64,000 nt of DNA from assembly GCA_965262505.1 (NCBI GenBank), contig CBDHFM010000030.1, forward strand, positions 1,803,244 through 1,867,243. The letters are read 5' to 3'. The position numbers and the translations under genes were made by a program. The stretch is from Vicinamibacterales bacterium (GTDB lineage Bacteria > Acidobacteriota > Vicinamibacteria > Vicinamibacterales > UBA2999). Positions 59,784-64,000 of the stretch are shown piece after piece (the stretch's first letter is position 1; each line of letters starts with the position of its first letter). The notes beneath the pieces were generated by a model. That model saw nothing but the letters and a program-made list of their open reading frames with translations, did no database searches and was not told the DNA's origin.

Positions 59784-60807
59784 AAGCGCTTTTCATGACC
59801 GTGTGGCGGCCGCGTACCCGCAGTGCCGAACATAGTTGCGGCATTCGTCAGGGCTGAAGTGCGCCAAGCACTCGCCGAGGAACGGCCAGAGCGTCTCGGT
59901 GCTGCGACAGCGAGCGGTGCGAACGAGGGCCTTGAGCTTCGCGAAGCAGAGCTCGATGGGATTGAGGTCCGGGCTGTAGGGTGGCAAGTACCAGAGGGTG
60001 GCCCCGGCGGCCTGGATGGCGCGTTGGATGCCGGCGACCTTGTGGGCCCCGAGATTGTCGGCAATGACGATGTCGCCGGGCTGCAGGGTCGGCACCAGGA
60101 TCTGTTCGATGTAGGCGCGGAAGCTCTCGCCATCGATCGCGCCGTCGAAGACCCCCGGTGCGGTCAGCCCCGTGACCCGCAACGCGGCGAGCAACGTGCT
60201 GGTCTGCCAGCGCCCGCAGGGGGCGTGGTCGTGGACGCGCGCGCCGCGCGGTGCCCGGCCGTACCGCCGAAGCAGATTGGTGGTGATGCCGGTTTCGTCC
60301 AGAAACACGAGGTGGGCGACATCCCAGGTCGGCGCCGCCGCGTGCCACGCGACCCGCGCGGCCGCGACGTCAGGCCGATCGTGTTCGGACGGGCGGACCG
60401 TGTTTTTTAACGGTCAGGCCGAGGGCCCGCACGGCGCGCCAGACCGTCGGCACACTCGCGGGCGTGGCGAGGGCGTCCTTCAGCTCAGCCAGCGTGCGAT
60501 CCGGGTGCGCCGCAATCAGCGCGGCCAAGGTGTGTAGGTGCGGCTCAAGCATGCAGCGCCGTCCATGTCGCTGGACGCGAGGCGCCACCTCGCCCGTGTC
60601 GCGCCGCCGCTGTTTCAGTAGCCGCACCCACGACCCGCTCACGCGGTACTTCGCCGCCACCTCGGCCGCCGTCATCCCGGCATCGCTGTCGAGGAGCGCC
60701 CGCTCTCGCAGATCCATCGAATAGGCACGCATCGGGCCTCCTGCATCGGTGCGCGCAGAAGTACCACGACCGCCCCAGGTAGTACAAGGCCTATTTGAAA
60801 AGCGCTT
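59784..60807 (-). mobile_element. IS630-family element, copy 3 (1024 bp)
   Basis: Same TIRs and TA duplication in CTAG; differs from the other copies by only a few substitutions (e.g. RRCML, STLL). Confidence 0.95.
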
Positions 60808-61325
60808 TAGTTGACCGTGCTCACAGGTGTTAATCGAAGAGTCACTTCCGAGCGGCCCGACGCGCCTTCGCGGCAGCAATCTTCGGCGCGTTCTTATCCC
60901 GTCGGGCCAGCGTGCCGTTGAGGATCTCGATCACCTTCTGGTGCTCCGCGATCTCTCCCAGCTCCGTGAGTAAGCCAAAGTGCTTCGTGAAAGATAGCGG
61001 ACCAGAGGCACTTCGGAAGTGGCGCACCAGATTCGCACAGCAGCCTTCTGACGGTGTTTGGGTTCAGACTAAAGGGGACCCACTGAGGCGGTGAAATCAT
61101 AGAGAGCCTTGGCCACACGGGGAGGAGACCCTCAGCTGGAATCGTGCAACAGGAAACGGCGGGACGGCGTTAGACCCTTCTCTGTGGTGGAGATTGGGAC
61201 TGGACGAAGCGCACGCTGGCTGCGGCAGGCGGTGACCCGGTGCGGGCGCTCCGGCTCTATTGGCAAAGCGCAGCGCTGGGTAGTCTACGGATTGATCTTC
61301 GCGCGCGTGCGGTGCCACGTGACAC

Positions 61326-63595
61326 TCACGCCATCGGCAACGGGCTCAGGAGGTTCCGGTTGATCAGCCCTCGGAAATGGCTCGACACGCTCGCGGCCAG
61401 TGCGCGGTCACGGACCAGGAGCCCCATCTCGATGTTCCGGTCGAGCGCGGCCTCGGTGAGGTTGGCGGACGTCACGAACACGGCCTCGTCGTCGACCACG
61501 ACGGCTTTGGCGTGCAAGACGCCAGACGGTCCATCGGCCTCGAGGGACCTGGGATCGTAGTACACGGCTGGCCTTGAGGTTCCCGGCCAGTCTGTGCCCC
61601 AAAAGCGGTCGGCGAATCGCCGCACGAGTGCACTCGGCGCACTGGTGTCGCCCCGGCGGCGCTGGATGTTCAGCAAGAGCGTGACGTGCAGGGTTGGCGT
61701 CGTGTCCATTCTGTTCGCCAGCACCTCGAACGCGCGCGGGCCGTCGAAGTAGGCGTAGCTGGACGCCAGCACCGCGTGCATGGCCGATCCGAGCAGTTCC
61801 TCGTACACGCGACGCGTGTCGCGGGCGTGGACCCCGGGCACCTCCGGCCCGGACCAGACCAGGTCCGGTCGCGGCGTGCGACCAACGGCCTCCTCGACGG
61901 TACGGATCCACGCCGCGCAGGCCGCTCCAGACATCCCCATGCGCCTCAATGCCGTCAAGGCCGCGATCACGTCCTCGCCGCCCACGCGTACACCCAGCAC
62001 GGCCTGGAGGGACGCCAGGGTGGCCGGCACGGTCAGGATGCCAGCATCGAGCGCATCGGCAAGCCGCCGACGCAGATGGGCCGGCAGGGCCCCTAACAGC
62101 CCGTGGTGAAAGTCGATCCATTACAAGTTGATGAAGGTCGAGGGGGTCGACAAGGTCGATCCCGTGTACTACACTGTCGCGCATGGCGATGGGTATTCGA
62201 GAGCGCGAGCAATCGTTGTTGTGGGTCGCGGCCGCGGAACTGCCGAAGTCGCCCGGCCATCCGTTCTACATGCGGCTGAATGCGCTGCTCGACGCGCACG
62301 ACTTCGATCCGTTTGTCGAAGGCCTGTGCCGCGGGTTCTACGCGCAGGTCATGGGCCGACCGAGCTTGGCGCCTGGCCGGTATTTTCGGCTGCTACTGGT
62401 GGGCTACTTCGAGGGCATCGATTCGGAACGAGGGATCGCGTGGCGCGCGACCGACTCGTTGGCGGTGCGCAGCTTTCTGCGGCTCGGCCTGGAGGACGCC
62501 CCGCCCGATCATTCGACGATCTCGCGGACGCGGCGCCTGATCGATGTCGAGACGCACCGCGCCATCTTCACGTGGGTGCAACAACGACTCGTCGAGGCGG
62601 GATTGCTCAAGGGGAAGACCGTGGCGATCGATGCCACCACGCTCGAGGCGAACGCCGCGATGCGCAGCATCGTGCGGCGCGACACCGGCGAGAGCTATCA
62701 GGCGTTTCTGACCGGGCTCGCCACGGCCTCGGGGATCGAGACCCCGACGCGCGAGGACCTGGCACGGGTGGACAAGAAGCGCAAGAAGAAGACGTCGAAC
62801 ACGGAGTGGACCAACCCGCACGACCCCGATGCGAAGGTCACGAAGATGAAAGACGGCCGGACGCATCTGGCCCACAAAGCCGAGCATGCGGTCGACCTGG
62901 ACACCGGCGCCATTGTCGCCGTCACGCTGCAGGGCGCCGACCAAGGCGACACGACGACGATCGTCGAAACGGTGACGGCCGCGGCCGAGCAAGTCGAAGA
63001 CGCGCAGCGGGACGGCGAGGCGCCACAGGCACTGGACGAACTGGTCGGCGACAAGGGGTATCACAGCAACCAGACGATGGTGGACCTCGACGCGGTCGGT
63101 ATCCGGTCGTACATCGCCGAGCCGGACCGAGGCCGCCGCGACTGGTCGGAGGCGCCGGACGCGCAGGCGCCGGTCTATGGCAATCGCCGCCGGATGCATG
63201 GACGACGCGGACGGCGCCTGATGCGGCGACGCGGTGAGACGATCGAACGCTCGTTCGCGCACCTCTATGACACGGGGGGCATGCGCCGTACGCATCTGCG
63301 CGGCCACACGAACATCCTGAAGCGCGTGCTGATTCATGCTGGTGGCTTCAATCTCGGACTCGTCATGCGTCAGCTGATCGGCGCCGGCACGCCGCGTGGG
63401 CTGCAGGGCCGTCTGGCGGCCGTTCTCGCCACGTTGTTGATGTTCATGAGCGCTGCCCAACGACGATTCGCGATGATCACGGCATCGCATCGACTCTTCG
63501 CGGCCATTGGTGGTCGACGCACGCCACAGATCACGTTCGTCGTCAACTCGTCAGCAACAGCGACTTTCGCCACGGGCTGCTAAGGCCTCCGTCAT
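61326..63595 (-). pseudogene. drmC: DISARM phospholipase D DrmC, split after codon 4-5 by an IS
   Basis: LVWSGP, HAKAVVVD (HKD) and TSANLT..A...NIEMG; removing the IS gives MTEALGALPAHL..., 783 nt in frame; ATG overlaps the drmB stop (ATGA). Confidence 0.88.
62097..63579 (+). mobile_element. IS5/IS1182-like element (DUF772 + DDE transposase)
   Basis: 19-bp TIR CAGCCCGTGG(T/C)GAAAGTCG, CTAA duplication (62093-96, 63580-83); transposase 62183..63583 with PDHSTISR, IDAT, GDKGY and IERSFAH. Confidence 0.92.
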
Positions 63596-64000
63596 GCGAC
63601 CGCCCCAAAAAAGGCCGCGCCGGTGACGCCCACGACCGGCACGACGAGGGCACGGTCGAGATAGTCGTTGCGCATCTCGCAGGAGGTCTCCGCCACCAAC
63701 GCACAGCCATGACAGGCCGCCCCGTGGAGCCACCGCTTCTCCAGACTCGTGCCCGGGCTGTGATGGGCGCAGATCGGATCGTTGGAGCACAGCCCTCCCA
63801 TCCGCATCGCTAGGCGCAGATGCGCTTCGATGTGCCGCGCCTCCTGCACCAACCCCCCCAGGGTCCCCTCCGCGTCCGGACTCCCGGTGTAGAGGAGGAT
63901 GCCGAAGCGCTCCGCCGGCGTATCCGCGTAGATGCGCTCCCGGAGGGAGCTCGCCGGATAGCCGCAGCGCATCGCCAGCGACTGGATAAGCAGGTGTGAA
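63592..64000 (-). CDS. drmB: DISARM DrmB (DUF1998 domain), 3' part only
   Basis: HLLIQSL, GILLYTGSPDAEGTLGGL, CSNDPIC, ACHGC..VAETSCE..N.YLDR Cys cluster; directly upstream of drmC. Confidence 0.9.
   Translation of the reverse strand, partial: SHLLIQSLAMRCGYPASSLRERIYADTPAERFGILLYTGSPDAEGTLGGLVQEARHIEAHLRLAMRMGGLCSNDPICAHHSPGTSLEKRWLHGAACHGCALVAETSCEMRNDYLDRALVVPVVGVTGAAFFGAVA

Larger units (their letters stand above)
49712..64000. mobile_element. Genomic island integrated at the 3' end of ssrA (other boundary outside the window)
   Basis: Integrase ends 12 bp from the tmRNA CCA, followed by an excisionase, low-GC orphans, IS clusters and defence genes; no second copy of the ssrA 3' end was seen in the window. 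Confidence 0.85.

Noticed and set aside
49712-64000. Prophage
   Set aside because: No terminase, capsid, tail or lysis genes in the window; only int/xis and cargo, so it is called an island.

Overview
High-GC bacterial chromosome segment, most likely Acidobacteriota (Vicinamibacteria-like; inferred from rpoZ, short pheT and kinase styles). Bases 1-49.7 kb are mostly core genome: nfo, amrB-amrA, gatCA, surE, rpoZ, hsp20, ymdB, xseAB-ispA-tlyA-nadK, a PP2C / Ser-Thr kinase / FHA-GAF-HD-GYP signalling cluster, mltG, ruvX, envC-ctpA, tRNA-Val, thrS-infC-rpmI-rplT-pheS-pheT, zapB-zapA-6S RNA, thiL, a heterodimeric ABC exporter, an Slt-type transglycosylase and tmRNA. From the 3' end of tmRNA (49.7 kb) to the window end lies an integrated island with a tyrosine integrase, an excisionase, low-GC orphan cargo (two HEPN-like genes, one behind an attC-like site, and a metzincin protease), nested IS elements and the distal end of a DISARM defence operon (drmB, plus drmC split by an IS). 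The window is IS-rich (three near-identical IS630 copies, IS701, two IS3-family elements, IS1380, an IS5/IS1182-like element and MITEs) and has several frameshifts and gene remnants. All homology calls come from motif recognition by eye; no searches were run.
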